Of a stretch of 32,000 nucleotides of DNA, positions 1-15,453 are shown in pieces. Each line of letters opens with the position of its first letter. Position 1 is the first letter of the stretch. The position numbers and the translations under genes are program-made. This DNA comes from Alistipes senegalensis JC50 (GTDB lineage Bacteria; Bacteroidota; Bacteroidia; Bacteroidales; Rikenellaceae), in NCBI RefSeq assembly GCF_025145645.1, contig NZ_CP102252.1, positions 943,181 through 975,180 on the forward strand, in the 5' to 3' direction. The notes beneath the pieces were generated by a model. It was not told the DNA's origin, ran no database searches, and saw only the letters and a list, made by a program, of their open reading frames with translations.

Positions 1-198
1 CGCAAAGCCATCGACGCCATGATCCGTGTGACGGTGCAGTCCCTGCGCGAAGGCGAGCGGCTGACGCTGACCGGACTGGGCACGTTCAACGTACAACAGC
101 GTCCCGAACGCGTAGGCCGCAACCCGCGCACGGGCGCCGCCGTGAAGATTCCGCCCCGCAAGGTCATCAAGTTCCGTCCCTCGGTCGAGATCGAATGA
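1..198 (+). CDS. HU/IHF-family DNA-binding protein, C-terminal fragment (5' end outside window)
   Basis: Frame 1 reads RKAIDAMIRVTVQSLREGERLTLTGLGTFNVQQRPERVGRNPRTGAAVKIPPRKVIKFRPSVEIE, then TGA at 196-198. GxGxF...R.GRNPRTG..I.IP is the HU/IHF beta-arm signature. Confidence 0.8.
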   Translation, partial: RKAIDAMIRVTVQSLREGERLTLTGLGTFNVQQRPERVGRNPRTGAAVKIPPRKVIKFRPSVEIE

Positions 199-222
199 TC
201 CGGCCCGCAAAACCCTGTATAC

Positions 223-1419
223 ATGCCTGAAATTTCCCTTCGCGCCGAGCAGATGCCGGCCTCCCCGATACGCAAACTCGTCCCGCTGGCCGACGCAGCA
301 CGCGCCCGGGGCATCAAGATTTACCATCTGAACATCGGACAGCCCGACCTGCCCACGCCGCAAGTGGGGCTCGACGCCCTGAAGCATATCGACCGCAAGG
401 TGCTGGAATACAGCCCCAGCGACGGCTACCGTTCGCTGCGCGAGAAGCTCGTTTCCTACTACGCGCAGTATCAGATCAAACTCACCCCCGAGGAGATCAT
501 CGTCACCACGGGCGGTTCCGAAGCCGTGCTGTTCGCCTTCATGTCGTGCCTCAACCCCGGCGACGAGATCATCGTTCCCGAACCGGCCTACGCCAACTAC
601 ATGGCTTTCGCCATCTCGGCGGGCGCCGTGATCCGGCCCGTCGTCTCGTCGATTGAGAACGGATTCGCGCTGCCGCCCATCGAGGAGTTCGAGAAGCTGA
701 TCAACGAACGCACGCGCGGCATCCTGATCTGCAACCCCAACAACCCCACGGGCTACCTCTATACGCGCCGCGAGATGGACCGCATCCGCGACATGGTTCA
801 GAAATACGACCTGTTCCTCTTCTCCGACGAGGTTTACCGCGAATTCATCTACACCGGTTCGCCCTACATTTCGGCCTGCCACCTCGAAGGCATCGAACAG
901 AACGTCGTGCTGATCGACTCGGTGTCGAAGCGTTATTCCGAATGCGGCATCCGCATCGGCGCGCTGATCACCAAGAACCGAAAACTCCGCAACGCCGTGA
1001 TGAAATTCTGTCAGGCGCGCCTTTCGCCGCCGCTGCTCGGACAGATCGTCGCCGAAGCCTCGATCGAAGCCCCGCGGTCGTACAGCACGGAGGTTTACGA
1101 GGAGTACATCGAACGCCGCAAATGCCTGATCGACGGACTGAACCGCATCCCCGGCGTCTATTCGCCGATCCCGATGGGAGCGTTCTACACCGTGGCGCGG
1201 CTCCCGGTGGACGACAGCGACAAATTCTGCGCCTGGTGCCTCTCGGAGTTCGAATACGAAGGCGAAACCGTCATGCTGGCCCCGGCGTCGGGTTTCTACT
1301 CCGATCCCGAATGCGGCCGCAACGAGGTCCGCATCGCCTACGTCCTGAAAAAAGAGGATCTCGAACGGGCTCTCGTCATCCTGAGCAAAGCGCTCGAAGC
1401 CTACAACAGCCGCCGATAG
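223..1419 (+). CDS. PLP-dependent class I/II aminotransferase (aspartate-aminotransferase-like)
   Basis: 398-aa ORF with NPNNPTG and SVSKRYSECGIRIG (Schiff-base Lys) motifs. The ATG lies 24 nt after the HU stop. Confidence 0.85.
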   Translation: MPEISLRAEQMPASPIRKLVPLADAARARGIKIYHLNIGQPDLPTPQVGLDALKHIDRKVLEYSPSDGYRSLREKLVSYYAQYQIKLTPEEIIVTTGGSEAVLFAFMSCLNPGDEIIVPEPAYANYMAFAISAGAVIRPVVSSIENGFALPPIEEFEKLINERTRGILICNPNNPTGYLYTRREMDRIRDMVQKYDLFLFSDEVYREFIYTGSPYISACHLEGIEQNVVLIDSVSKRYSECGIRIGALITKNRKLRNAVMKFCQARLSPPLLGQIVAEASIEAPRSYSTEVYEEYIERRKCLIDGLNRIPGVYSPIPMGAFYTVARLPVDDSDKFCAWCLSEFEYEGETVMLAPASGFYSDPECGRNEVRIAYVLKKEDLERALVILSKALEAYNSRR

Positions 1420-1443
1420 CGGCCGCCGGCAATTCCGAAACGA

Positions 1444-1471
1444 GGGGCAGCGTCCTGCGGGGCGCTGCCCC
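1444..1471 (+). terminator. GC-rich hairpin after the aminotransferase gene (no clear U-tract)
   Basis: GGGGCAGCG (1444-1452) pairs with CGCTGCCCC (1463-1471), 25 nt after the stop. It is followed by TTACGC rather than a T-run. Confidence 0.4.
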
Positions 1472-1549
1472 TTACGCTATGTACGAACCCGCCGATTCAT
1501 CCAATCTTATACCTTTCAGTACAATTTTCGGGAATTTTCGACCAAAAAG

Positions 1550-1581
1550 TTTGGGACGTGAGGATAGTTTTCCTACTTTTG
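1550..1581 (+). promoter_or_regulatory. Bacteroidota-type promoter (-33 TTTG, -7 TACTTTTG) for the FadL-like gene
   Basis: TTTG at 1550-1553, a 20-nt spacer, then TACTTTTG at 1574-1581. The ATG is at 1636. Confidence 0.55.
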
Positions 1582-1635
1582 CCCCCGATTTTGCGCGTCG
1601 CAAGACACGCCGAGTATAAACCAAACCAATTCGTT

Positions 1636-3117
1636 ATGAAAAAACTTTTCCTCGTTCTGGCCGCCGCAGCCATCGCCTCCGGCGCATACGCCGAGGGTTA
1701 TCAGGTCAACAACATGTCGGCCAAGCAAACCGGTATGGGCCACGTGGGCACGGCCATGAAACTCAACTCGGAGTCGATCTTCTTCAACCCCGCAGCCACG
1801 GCTTTCCAGACCTCGAAATTCGATATTTCAGCCGGCATGACGGGCATTCTCTCCAATGTCAGCTATCGTTCGCTGCCGACGCTGGAAAACGGTTACCAGA
1901 GCGGCGCGGCCGAGAAATCCGACAATAAGCTCTCGACCCCGATCCACGTCTATTTCAACTACAAGCCCACCGAGCGGCTGGCCGTCGGACTGGGTTTCTA
2001 CACCCCCTACGGCTCCTCGATGAACTGGGGCGACAACTGGTCGGGAGCGCACCTCGTGCAGGAGATCAACCTCACGGCCTTCACCTTCCAGCCCACCGTT
2101 TCGTACAAAATCTGCGACCGTCTTTCGGTCGGTGCGGGTCTGACGGTTTCGTGGGGCAATTTCGACCTGTCGCGGTCGCTGCTCTCCCCCACGATGCGCC
2201 GCGGACTTATCTCCGGCACGATCGACCCGAATATCACCCAACTTCAGGGGGCAATCAACAGCGGAATGCTCACCGGCGACGCGCTCGCCCAGGCGACTGC
2301 GACCCTCCAGACGCTCGAAGGCGCCAAAGGCTATCTCAACAGCACCATGAACCGGTCGCTGGTGTCGGCCAAACTCCAGGGCGATTCCGATGTGGCCGTA
2401 GGCGTGAACGCCGGTTTCCTGTGGGACATCACCGACGAATGGTCGGTCGGCATGACCTGGCGGTCGCGTCTGAACATGAAAGTGGGCAAAGGCCACGCGA
2501 CGATGAACATCGACCCGCAGGCCGCGGCGCTCATCGCCAAACTCGGAGAGCTCAAACCCGACACGGAGCTGATCCCGGGACTCGACAAGGGAACTTTCAA
2601 CGCCGAGCTGCCGCTTCCGACGACCGTGACGTGGGCCGTATCGTTCCGCCCGGCCGTGAAATGGGAACTGGCCGTCGATCTGCAATGGACCGGATGGTCG
2701 GCCTACAAAGCCCTGAACGTGGCATTCAACGAGAAGGAACTGGGCATCAAACCCATCTATTCGGTGAAAAACTACTCGAATACGCTGGCTTTCCGTTTCG
2801 GTGCGCAGTACCGCGCGACCGATTTCATCACGGCCCGAATGGGTATGTATGTGGACGAAAGCCCGGTGAGCAGCGACTATCTCAACCCCGAAACTCCGTC
2901 GATGACCAAGGTCTCCTATACGGCCGGTCTGAGCCTGCGCCCCACCAAGTTCATGTCGATCGACCTGGCCTACTGCTACGTTTCGTCGGCAGACCCCGAA
3001 CGCACGGGCTCCTATCCCCTCTACGGCTATACCGACGGCAACCTCGAAGAGGTATTTTCGGGCAACTACACGCTCCACGCCAACGTATTCTCGATCGGCG
3101 TAGGGTTCAGTTTCTAA
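1636..3117 (+). CDS. FadL/TodX (OMPP1) family outer-membrane transport protein
   Basis: Start moved from GTG 1558 to in-frame ATG 1636, which gives the signal peptide MKKLFLVLAAAAIASGAYA/EGYQ. The N-terminal EGYQVNNMSAKQTGMGHVGTA and the C-terminal aromatic end ...IGVGFSF are typical of FadL-like barrels. Confidence 0.8.
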   Translation: MKKLFLVLAAAAIASGAYAEGYQVNNMSAKQTGMGHVGTAMKLNSESIFFNPAATAFQTSKFDISAGMTGILSNVSYRSLPTLENGYQSGAAEKSDNKLSTPIHVYFNYKPTERLAVGLGFYTPYGSSMNWGDNWSGAHLVQEINLTAFTFQPTVSYKICDRLSVGAGLTVSWGNFDLSRSLLSPTMRRGLISGTIDPNITQLQGAINSGMLTGDALAQATATLQTLEGAKGYLNSTMNRSLVSAKLQGDSDVAVGVNAGFLWDITDEWSVGMTWRSRLNMKVGKGHATMNIDPQAAALIAKLGELKPDTELIPGLDKGTFNAELPLPTTVTWAVSFRPAVKWELAVDLQWTGWSAYKALNVAFNEKELGIKPIYSVKNYSNTLAFRFGAQYRATDFITARMGMYVDESPVSSDYLNPETPSMTKVSYTAGLSLRPTKFMSIDLAYCYVSSADPERTGSYPLYGYTDGNLEEVFSGNYTLHANVFSIGVGFSF

Positions 3118-3140
3118 AAACCGAAAAAATTGCTATCTTT

Positions 3141-3168
3141 GCGGTGCGTTCGGCGACGGACGCACCGC
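3141..3168 (+). terminator. 12-bp hairpin with GCGA (GNRA) tetraloop downstream of the FadL-like gene
   Basis: GCGGTGCGTTCG / CGGACGCACCGC (one G.U pair) closing loop GCGA, followed by ATCGTTTC. It lies 24 nt after the stop and 12 nt before tRNA-Arg. Confidence 0.45.
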
Positions 3169-3179
3169 ATCGTTTCAAC

Positions 3180-3251
3180 GGCTCCATAGTTCAAGGGATA
3201 GAACGAGGGTTTCCTAAACCCTAAATTCGCGTTCGAGTCGCGGTGGGGCTA
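3180..3251 (+). tRNA. tRNA-Arg (anticodon CCT)
   Basis: Manual cloverleaf: GGCTCCA TA GTTC AAGGGATA GAAC G AGGGT TTCCTAA ACCCT AAAT TCGCG TTCGAGT CGCGG TGGGGCT A. The acceptor stem has G1.U72 and U4.G69 wobbles. No CCA is encoded. Confidence 0.85.
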
Positions 3252-3254
3252 CAA

Positions 3255-3286
3255 AGAAAAGGAGGAATTGCTATTCCTCCTTTTCT
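3255..3286 (+). terminator. Perfect 14-bp hairpin after tRNA-Arg
   Basis: AGAAAAGGAGGAAT (3255-3268), loop TGCT, ATTCCTCCTTTTCT (3273-3286). The 3' arm is U-rich. Confidence 0.6.
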
Positions 3287-3300
3287 TGTGGAATTTTACC

Positions 3301-3308
3301 TATCTTTG
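3301..3308 (+). promoter_or_regulatory. -7 box TATCTTTG for the serine dehydratase gene
   Basis: Exact TAnnTTTG match 20 nt upstream of ATG 3328. Confidence 0.5.
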
Positions 3309-3327
3309 CTCCCGTAAAATCACGACT

Positions 3328-4533
<1,206 letters not shown>

Positions 4534-4555
4534 TCCGACAGCCCCTTTCCGCGGC

Positions 4556-4595
4556 AAAAAAGGCCGGACCCTTTGCGGGCCCGGCCTTCCGTTTC
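4556..4595. terminator. Bidirectional terminator between convergent sdaA and the LuxR-family gene
   Basis: A5, then AAGGCCGGACCC / GGGCCCGGCCTT (12 bp with one A.C mismatch, loop TTTGC), then CCGTTTC. Confidence 0.6.
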
Positions 4596-4607
4596 TCCGG
4601 TCGGCAC

Positions 4608-5357
4608 TCAGCCGAGCAACCCCCGGGCCGAAGCATAGCGCACCGCCTCCATCGAATTGTCCACATTCAGCTTCTCAAGAATGCGCTGGCGGTGCGTGTT
4701 GACCGTATGCACGCTGATAGCCAGTTGATCGGCAATCTCCTTCGACAGTTTTCCCCGGCCTATCAGACGCAGGATTTCCCGCTCGCGGCCGGACAAATGC
4801 GGATTTTCGGTCACAGGAAACGGGCAGACCTCGCCCGTTCGATAATGGAACAGCTGACTGCGCACGCCGTCCTCCGTCCCCTGATTGGGCGAAACGTCCA
4901 GCATGCTCAGCGAAAGCCAGACATTCCCCGAGCGGTCCAACTCCAACACCTGAAACTGCTCGATGACCCGCACGTAACGCCCGCCGACATCCACCCGGTA
5001 TTCATTGATCAGCTTCGCATCGAAAGCCAACTCTTTGTGTTCCAATACATACCTCAGACAGGCGATGCCGTTGCGGTGCAGTTCCGTCCAGTCGTCGGGG
5101 TGGATGCGGCGCATAAAATAGTCCGAATCCTCGGCGGCGATGCCCTCCAGATCGTAACCGAACAGCTCCGAAAAGTTGTACGACGCGAAGACGTGACGGC
5201 GGGTATACATATCAAAGACCGAGATGCCGCTGTTCGCAACCTGCGACAACAGCGTCAACTGGAGAATATGACGTTCCAACACCGAGTAGTCCAGCTCCCG
5301 GGGATCGAACCGCTGGGAGTCCAACAGCTCCTCGAATTCACGTTGCAGTGTTTCCAT
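4608..5357 (-). CDS. PAS-like sensor domain + LuxR/FixJ-type HTH transcriptional regulator
   Basis: 249-aa ORF. The C-terminus LSGREREILRLIGRGKLSKEIADQLAISVHTVNTHRQRILEKL is a LuxR-type HTH. The N-terminal roughly 170 aa have a PAS-like pattern (FMRRIHPDDW...EYRV...G.Y). Confidence 0.8.
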   Translation of the reverse strand: METLQREFEELLDSQRFDPRELDYSVLERHILQLTLLSQVANSGISVFDMYTRRHVFASYNFSELFGYDLEGIAAEDSDYFMRRIHPDDWTELHRNGIACLRYVLEHKELAFDAKLINEYRVDVGGRYVRVIEQFQVLELDRSGNVWLSLSMLDVSPNQGTEDGVRSQLFHYRTGEVCPFPVTENPHLSGREREILRLIGRGKLSKEIADQLAISVHTVNTHRQRILEKLNVDNSMEAVRYASARGLLG

Positions 5358-5373
5358 TACTGATTAATCAGTA
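5358..5373. promoter_or_regulatory. Perfect 16-bp palindrome TACTGATTAATCAGTA abutting the LuxR-family start codon
   Basis: TACTGATT / AATCAGTA are exact reverse complements. The palindrome occupies positions -1 to -16 relative to the ATG (complement 5355-5357). Confidence 0.4.
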
Positions 5374-5409
5374 TTGCCCAAAACGGACGTATGACCTTAC
5401 TTTGCAGTG

Positions 5410-5417
5410 CAAAAATA
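5410..5417 (-). promoter_or_regulatory. -7 box (TATTTTTG on the minus strand) for the LuxR-family gene
   Basis: Plus-strand CAAAAATA is the reverse complement of TAnnTTTG. It lies 53 nt upstream of the start codon, back-to-back with a weaker TTACTTTG (5397-5404) facing the OMP gene. Confidence 0.4.
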
Positions 5418-5444
5418 ACACATTCAATCACAAAATTCGCAACC

Positions 5445-5993
5445 ATGAAAAAATTACTCATCACCGCCGGCCTGCTTTTCGCAGCCCTCAGCGCCTCGGC
5501 TCAATTCCACGCAGACCTCCGCGCAGGAGCGACGGCCTCCGCCATCGGCGACCAGCACCTCAAGATGGGCATCCGCGCCGGAGCCGGCGTCGAGTACCTC
5601 TTCACGGAACGCTGGGGGCTCCGCTCGGGGCTCTTCTTCTCGATGAAGGGCGCCACGACCTCGAACAACGTCTTCAACTACGACGCGGACAAGGCCACGC
5701 GGCTCTCCTGTCTCGATCTCCCGGTCGAAGCCCTCGTCTCGTTCCGCCTCTCGCAACGCTCGCGGCTGGCCCTGCACGGAGGTCCCTACGTCTCCTGCCT
5801 GCTCCATGCGTCCGTGCCCGAAGACGCCGGTTTCGACGTTCGCCGCTGGGAGATCGGGGCCGGTTTCGGCGCGGATTTCATCATCGGGCATTTCGTCATC
5901 GGCCCCGAAATTCAATACGGACTGACGCGGCTGACGAAACCCGGCTCCGGCCACAACACGACCTACGCCGTGACGCTGGGCTATCGGTTCTGA
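5445..5993 (+). CDS. Small outer-membrane beta-barrel (porin-family) protein
   Basis: Start moved to ATG 5445 (MKKLLITAGLLFAALSASA/QF signal peptide). It has alternating hydrophobic beta-strand patterning and the C-terminal motif ...YAVTLGYRF. Confidence 0.7.
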   Translation: MKKLLITAGLLFAALSASAQFHADLRAGATASAIGDQHLKMGIRAGAGVEYLFTERWGLRSGLFFSMKGATTSNNVFNYDADKATRLSCLDLPVEALVSFRLSQRSRLALHGGPYVSCLLHASVPEDAGFDVRRWEIGAGFGADFIIGHFVIGPEIQYGLTRLTKPGSGHNTTYAVTLGYRF

Positions 5994-6010
5994 ATCCCGC
6001 CCCGGCAAAC

Positions 6011-6047
6011 AAAAAAACGCCTCTCCCGGTTCGGGAGAGGCGTTTTT
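6011..6047. terminator. Bidirectional intrinsic terminator between the OMP gene and rpoC
   Basis: A7, then ACGCCTCTCCCG, loop GTT, CGGGAGAGGCGT, then T5. Confidence 0.75.
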
Positions 6048-6101
6048 CGATATACCGCAGAACGGACCGACCGGCATAACCCGCCCGGCCGCCCTTTCGG
6101 A

Positions 6102-10361
<4,260 letters not shown>

Positions 10362-10397
10362 ATTCGTTCTCGTTTTTCTTTTCCTCTTAAATACACC

Positions 10398-13300
10398 TTA
10401 CTCGAGCTTCACCGACAGGGCCAGACCGCGCAACTCGTGCAGCAGCACGTTCATTGCCTCGGGGATGCCCGGTTTGGGCAGGTTCTCGCCCTTGACGATG
10501 GCCTCGTACGCCTTGGCACGGCCCATCACGTCGTCGGACTTGATCGTCAGGATCTCCTGCAAGATATTGGCGGCGCCGAAGCCTTCGAGCGCCCAGACCT
10601 CCATCTCACCGAAACGCTGACCGCCGAACTGCGCCTTACCGCCAAGCGGCTGCTGGGTGATGAGCGAGTAGGGACCGATCGAACGCGCGTGCATCTTGTC
10701 GTCGATCATGTGGCCCAGCTTGAGCATGTAGATCACGCCCACCGTGGCCGGCTGGTCGAACATCTCGCCCGTACCGCCGTCGTAGAGGTAGGTGCGGCCG
10801 CTGTGCGGAATGCCCGCCTGCGCCGTGTATTCGTTGATCTGGTCGAGCGAAGCGCCGTCGAAGATCGGCGTTGCGAATTTCAACCCCAGCTCGCGGCCGG
10901 CCCATCCGAGCACGGTCTCGTAAATCTGCCCGAGGTTCATTCGAGAAGGCACGCCCAGCGGGTTCAGGCAAATATCGACGATGGTTCCGTCTTCGAGGAA
11001 CGGCATGTCCTCGTCGCGCACGATACGGGCCACGATGCCCTTGTTGCCGTGGCGTCCGGCCATCTTGTCGCCCACTTTCAGCTTACGCTTCTTGGCGATG
11101 TAGACTTTGGCCATCTGGATGACGCCCGTCTGCGGGAGTTCGTCGCCGTTGGTGATGTTGTATTTCTCACGCTTGATGGCGGCGTCGGCCTTCTTCCACT
11201 CGATGGTGTAGTTGTTGACGGTGGCCTCGATCAGCGCATCGGTGTGCGCGTCGCCCGTCCAGTTGCACGAGCCGAGGTTGAGATAACCCATCACCACGCC
11301 GGTCTTTTCGTCCGTCGATTTGCGGGCGATCTCCTCCAGCATCTTCTGCGAGAACTTCGTGCCCGCGGGGTAGAGCTCCACCCCGAAATAGTCGGTAACG
11401 CCCGTCGTGGTCTTGCCCTGAAGCAGGGTCCACAGCTTCGAAACCAGAAGCTTCGTGAGATCCGCGATCTCGGCTGCGAACTTCTCGTCGAGCTTGTCGA
11501 GCTGCGCTTTCTCGGCGCTCTTGCCCTTCTTGCCCTCCTTGTTGGCGCGGCTGTAAAGTTTGGTGTCGATCACCACGCCGTGCAGCGACGGCTGGGCTTT
11601 CAGCGAAGCGTCCTTCACATCGCCGGCCTTGTCGCCGAAGATCGCACGGAGCAACTTCTCCTCGGGCGAAGGATCGCTCTCGCCCTTCGGGGTGATCTTA
11701 CCGATCAGGATGTCGCCCGGGTGGATGTTGGCGCCGATGCGGACGATACCGTTGGCGTCGAGGTCCTTCGTGGCGTCCTCCGAAACGTTGGGAATATCCG
11801 ACGTGAGCTCCTCGACACCGCGTTTGGTGTCGCGGACCTCCATGATATATTCATCGACATGCACCGAGGTGAAGATGTCCTCGCGCTGGATACGCTCCGA
11901 AATCACGATGGCATCCTCGAAGTTGTAACCCTTCCAGGGCATGAACGCCACCTTCAGGTTGCGGCCCAGAGCCAGTTCGCCGTGCTGCGTCGAATAACCC
12001 TCGGTCAGAATCTGCCCCTTCACGACCTTGTCGCCGGTCAGCACCGCGGGTTTCAGCGTCACCGAAGTGTTCTGGTTCGTCCGGCGGTAGCGCGGCAGCT
12101 CGTAAGTCGTGATTTCTGGAGCGAACGACGCGAGAATCTCGTCCTCCGTGCGCTCGTATTTGATCTGAATCTTCGTCGCATCGGCGAAAGTCACCTCGCC
12201 GTCGCCCTCGGCGACGATCTGGATGCGGCTGTCGGTGATCATGTCCTTCTCGATACCCGTGCCGACGATCGGGGCCTCCGAAGTCACCAGGGGCACGGCC
12301 TGGCGCATCATGTTCGAACCCATCAGCGCACGGTTGGCGTCGTCGTGCTCGAGGAACGGGATGAGGCTCGCGGCGATCGAGGCGATCTGGTTCGGAGCCA
12401 CGTCCATCAGGTCCACTTCGCTGGCCGTAACCACGGGGAAATCGGCGCCCTCACGCGCCTTGATGCGGTCGGGCTCCAGGAAATTGCCCTCCTCGTCGAT
12501 CGGGGTGTTGGCCTGTGCGGCCACCAAGTCCTCCTCCTCTTCGGCCGAGTAGTAGCGGATATGCGAATTGTCCATATCAACCTTGCCGTTCTCGACACGG
12601 CGGTACGGCGTCTCGATGAATCCCATCGGGGAGATCTTCGCATAGACGCACAGCGACGAAATCAGACCGATGTTCGGGCCTTCCGGCGACTCGATCGGGC
12701 AGAGGCGTCCGTAGTGCGTATAGTGCACGTCGCGCACCTCGAAACCGGCACGGTCGCGCGACAGACCGCCGGGACCGAGGGCCGACAGACGGCGCTTGTG
12801 CGTGATCTCGGCCAGCGGGTTGATCTGGTCCATGAACTGCGAAAGCTGCGAAGTGCCGAAGAAGGAGTTGATCACCGACGAGAGGGTCTTGGCGTTGATC
12901 AGGTCCACCGGCGTAAACACTTCGTTGTCGCGCACGTTCATGCGCTCGCGGATCGTACGCGCCATGCGCACGAAACCGACCGAGAACTGATTCGACAGCT
13001 GCTCGCCCACCGTGCGGACACGGCGGTTCGACAGGTGGTCGATATCATCGACATCGGCCTTCGAATTGATCAGCTGGATCAGGTATTTGATGATGGCGAT
13101 GATGTCCTCGCGCGTCAGCGTACGGATAGCCGGGTCGATGTCCAAGTCCAGCTTCTTGTTGATACGGTAGCGGCCCACGTCGCCCAGGTCGTAGCGTTTG
13201 TCCGAGAAGAAAAGTTTCTCGATAACGTCGCGCGCCGTAGCCTCATCGGGCGGCTCCGAAGCGCGCAACTGTCTGTAAATGTAGACCACAGCCTCCTTTT

Positions 13301-14258
13301 CGGAGTTGCAGGGGTCCTTTTGCAGGGTGTTGTATATGATCGAGAAGTCGATGCCCGAAAGATTCTCCTTGTGCAGGAGGATCGTCTTGGCGCCGCTCTC
13401 GATAATTTCGTCGATATGGCTCTCTTCGAGGACCGTTTCGCGGTCCACGATGACGTTGTTTCGCTCGATGGAGACCACCTCGCCCGTATCCTCGTCCACG
13501 AAGTCCTCGACCCACGTCGAGAGCACCCTCGCGGCCAGTTTGCGGCCCACGGCCTTTTTGAGGTTGGCCTTGTTGACCTTCACCTCGTCCGCCAGGTCGA
13601 AAATCTCGAGAATCTGTTGGTCCGCCTCGTAACCGATGGCACGCAGCAGCGTGGTGACGGGCAGCTTCTTCTTACGGTCGATGTAGGCGTACATCACGTT
13701 GTTGATGTCCGTTGCGAACTCGATCCACGAACCCTTGAACGGAATGATTCGCGCCGAGTAGAGCTTGGTGCCGTTGGTGTGCATGCTCTGTCCGAAGAAC
13801 ACGCCCGGCGAACGGTGCAGCTGGGATACGATGACGCGCTCCGCACCGTTGATGACGAACGTACCGCGTTCGGTCATATAGGGAATCGTACCGAAGTAAA
13901 CGTCCTGGACGACCACGCCGAAATCCTCGTGTTCGTCGTCCGTGCAGTAAAGTTTCAGCTTTGCTTTCAGCGGGACGCTGTACGTCAAACCGCGCTCCAG
14001 ACACTCCTCGATCGAGTAGCGGGGCGGGTCGATATAGTAGTCGATGAACTCCAGAACGAAGTTGTTCCGGGTGTCCGTGATGGGGAAATTTTCCTGAAAG
14101 ACCTTGTACAGGCCCTCGTTCTTACGGTTTTCAGCCGTAGTGTCCATCTGGAAAAAGTCCCGGAATGATTTAAGCTGTACCTCCAGCAGATCCGGATAGG
14201 GAACCCGGTTCTTGACTGTCGAAAAGCTAATTCTCTGTTGTGTTTTTGCTGCGGACAT
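10398..14258 (-). CDS. rpoB: DNA-directed RNA polymerase subunit beta
   Basis: Start placed at [15 protein letters not shown] (ATG complement 14256-14258) rather than the upstream 14303. Motifs [12 protein letters not shown] and [10 protein letters not shown] are present. It lies 36 nt upstream of rpoC. Confidence 0.96.
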   Translation of the reverse strand: MSAAKTQQRISFSTVKNRVPYPDLLEVQLKSFRDFFQMDTTAENRKNEGLYKVFQENFPITDTRNNFVLEFIDYYIDPPRYSIEECLERGLTYSVPLKAKLKLYCTDDEHEDFGVVVQDVYFGTIPYMTERGTFVINGAERVIVSQLHRSPGVFFGQSMHTNGTKLYSARIIPFKGSWIEFATDINNVMYAYIDRKKKLPVTTLLRAIGYEADQQILEIFDLADEVKVNKANLKKAVGRKLAARVLSTWVEDFVDEDTGEVVSIERNNVIVDRETVLEESHIDEIIESGAKTILLHKENLSGIDFSIIYNTLQKDPCNSEKEAVVYIYRQLRASEPPDEATARDVIEKLFFSDKRYDLGDVGRYRINKKLDLDIDPAIRTLTREDIIAIIKYLIQLINSKADVDDIDHLSNRRVRTVGEQLSNQFSVGFVRMARTIRERMNVRDNEVFTPVDLINAKTLSSVINSFFGTSQLSQFMDQINPLAEITHKRRLSALGPGGLSRDRAGFEVRDVHYTHYGRLCPIESPEGPNIGLISSLCVYAKISPMGFIETPYRRVENGKVDMDNSHIRYYSAEEEEDLVAAQANTPIDEEGNFLEPDRIKAREGADFPVVTASEVDLMDVAPNQIASIAASLIPFLEHDDANRALMGSNMMRQAVPLVTSEAPIVGTGIEKDMITDSRIQIVAEGDGEVTFADATKIQIKYERTEDEILASFAPEITTYELPRYRRTNQNTSVTLKPAVLTGDKVVKGQILTEGYSTQHGELALGRNLKVAFMPWKGYNFEDAIVISERIQREDIFTSVHVDEYIMEVRDTKRGVEELTSDIPNVSEDATKDLDANGIVRIGANIHPGDILIGKITPKGESDPSPEEKLLRAIFGDKAGDVKDASLKAQPSLHGVVIDTKLYSRANKEGKKGKSAEKAQLDKLDEKFAAEIADLTKLLVSKLWTLLQGKTTTGVTDYFGVELYPAGTKFSQKMLEEIARKSTDEKTGVVMGYLNLGSCNWTGDAHTDALIEATVNNYTIEWKKADAAIKREKYNITNGDELPQTGVIQMAKVYIAKKRKLKVGDKMAGRHGNKGIVARIVRDEDMPFLEDGTIVDICLNPLGVPSRMNLGQIYETVLGWAGRELGLKFATPIFDGASLDQINEYTAQAGIPHSGRTYLYDGGTGEMFDQPATVGVIYMLKLGHMIDDKMHARSIGPYSLITQQPLGGKAQFGGQRFGEMEVWALEGFGAANILQEILTIKSDDVMGRAKAYEAIVKGENLPKPGIPEAMNVLLHELRGLALSVKLE

Positions 14259-14429
14259 CGTAAAATCCAAATTAGTTGAAGTGTAATGGGTTACGCTCCC
14301 CAAAATTGCGGGCCTTCTATCCCGCCAATGCCCCCGTATTCAGGCGTCCTTCGCCCCGGGAGCATTTTCTTCCAAAAACCGGACACAGCTCCTGATCGGC
14401 ACTTCCAGTCTTTAGACCAAGAAAAGGCA

Positions 14430-14456
14430 TAGAGCTAACACCTTCGGTTAGCCCTA
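14430..14456 (-). terminator. Hairpin + U-rich tract in the 232-nt rplL-rpoB spacer (candidate partial terminator/attenuator)
   Basis: Minus strand: TAGGGCTAAC CGAAGGT GTTAGCTCTA followed by TGCCTTTTCTT. The position is analogous to the known E. coli rplL-rpoB attenuator. Confidence 0.5.
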
Positions 14457-14490
14457 TACCTGATTGTCTGCTGAGACCTAAGCAGCAATG

Positions 14491-14868
14491 CTACTTGAGC
14501 TCAACTTCAGCACCTGCCTCCTCGAGCTGGCCCTTGATCTGCTCAGCCTCTTCCTTGGAAACACCCTCCTTAACGGCCTTGGGAGCACCGTCAACGAGCG
14601 CTTTAGCGTCACCCAGCGAAAGACCGGCGATGTCCTTCACGACCTTGATAACCTGGAGCTTGGCCTGGCCGGCGGCTTTCAGGATCACGTCGAACGTCGA
14701 TTTCTCGGCAGCAGCGGCCTCGCCTGCGCCGGCAGCGGGAGCTGCAACGGCAACAGCGGCAGCAGCCGGCTCGATGCCATACTCCTCCTTGAGGATCTGA
14801 GCGAGTTCGTTTACCTCGGTAACCTTCAGGTTAACCAGTTCTTCAGCAAGTTTCTTTACGTCTGCCAT
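14491..14868 (-). CDS. rplL: 50S ribosomal protein L7/L12
   Basis: 125 aa, with an Ala-rich hinge and a C-terminal domain ending ...[44 protein letters not shown]. Confidence 0.96.
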   Translation of the reverse strand: MADVKKLAEELVNLKVTEVNELAQILKEEYGIEPAAAAVAVAAPAAGAGEAAAAEKSTFDVILKAAGQAKLQVIKVVKDIAGLSLGDAKALVDGAPKAVKEGVSKEEAEQIKGQLEEAGAEVELK

Positions 14869-14911
14869 AGTTGTAAGCTTATTAATTTGTTTTTGATTCT
14901 TGTTTGTGAAA

Positions 14912-15436
14912 TTAATTGTTTCTCGATTCGAGCGTCTTCACGATGCCCGCAATCTTTTGGCCTGCATTAGCCTGCAATGCAGAGATAACATTCTTCGCCG
15001 GGGATTGCAGCAGAGCGACGATATCGCCGATGAGCTCCTCCTTCGACTTGATGTTACACAGAGCGTCCAGCTGGTTGTCGCCCACGTAAACGCATCCCTC
15101 GGCGAAAGCCGCTTTCAGGACGGGTTTGTCCGAATTCTTGCGGAACTCCTTGATAAGCACAGCGGGAGCTTTCGCAACATGGGCGAACATGATCGAGGTA
15201 GGACCCTCCAATACTTTTACCAGATCAGCATCGGCTTTCTCCACCTTCTCGAGGGCTTTGCCCAGAAGGGTGTTCTTGGCCACCACCAGTTTCACATCGC
15301 TCTCGAAGCACTTGCGGCGCAGGGCAGCGGTCTGCTCGGCATTGAGCGACTCGATGTCGGCGATGTAGAAGTGAGGATAAGCCTGGAGCTGCTCGGCGAG
15401 GTTGTTGATTACAACCAGTTTTTCTTCCTTAGTCAT
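14912..15436 (-). CDS. rplJ: 50S ribosomal protein L10
   Basis: 174-aa ORF directly upstream of rplL, with conserved position and L10-like sequence. Confidence 0.93.
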   Translation of the reverse strand: MTKEEKLVVINNLAEQLQAYPHFYIADIESLNAEQTAALRRKCFESDVKLVVAKNTLLGKALEKVEKADADLVKVLEGPTSIMFAHVAKAPAVLIKEFRKNSDKPVLKAAFAEGCVYVGDNQLDALCNIKSKEELIGDIVALLQSPAKNVISALQANAGQKIAGIVKTLESRNN

Positions 15437-15453
15437 CTCTTCTTTCCTCCTTC

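Noticed and set aside
3134-3141. TATCTTTG -7 box as a promoter for tRNA-Arg
   Set aside because: The motif match is exact, but the predicted transcription start would fall inside the strong 12-bp GNRA hairpin (3141-3168), and no -33 TTTG is present. I cannot decide between a promoter and a coincidental match, so it is not listed as a feature.
10437-14168. 1243-aa ORF on the + strand antisense to rpoB
   Set aside because: Same reasoning as for the rpoC antisense ORF. It is a high-GC antisense artefact with no motifs, no promoter box and no plausible start context.
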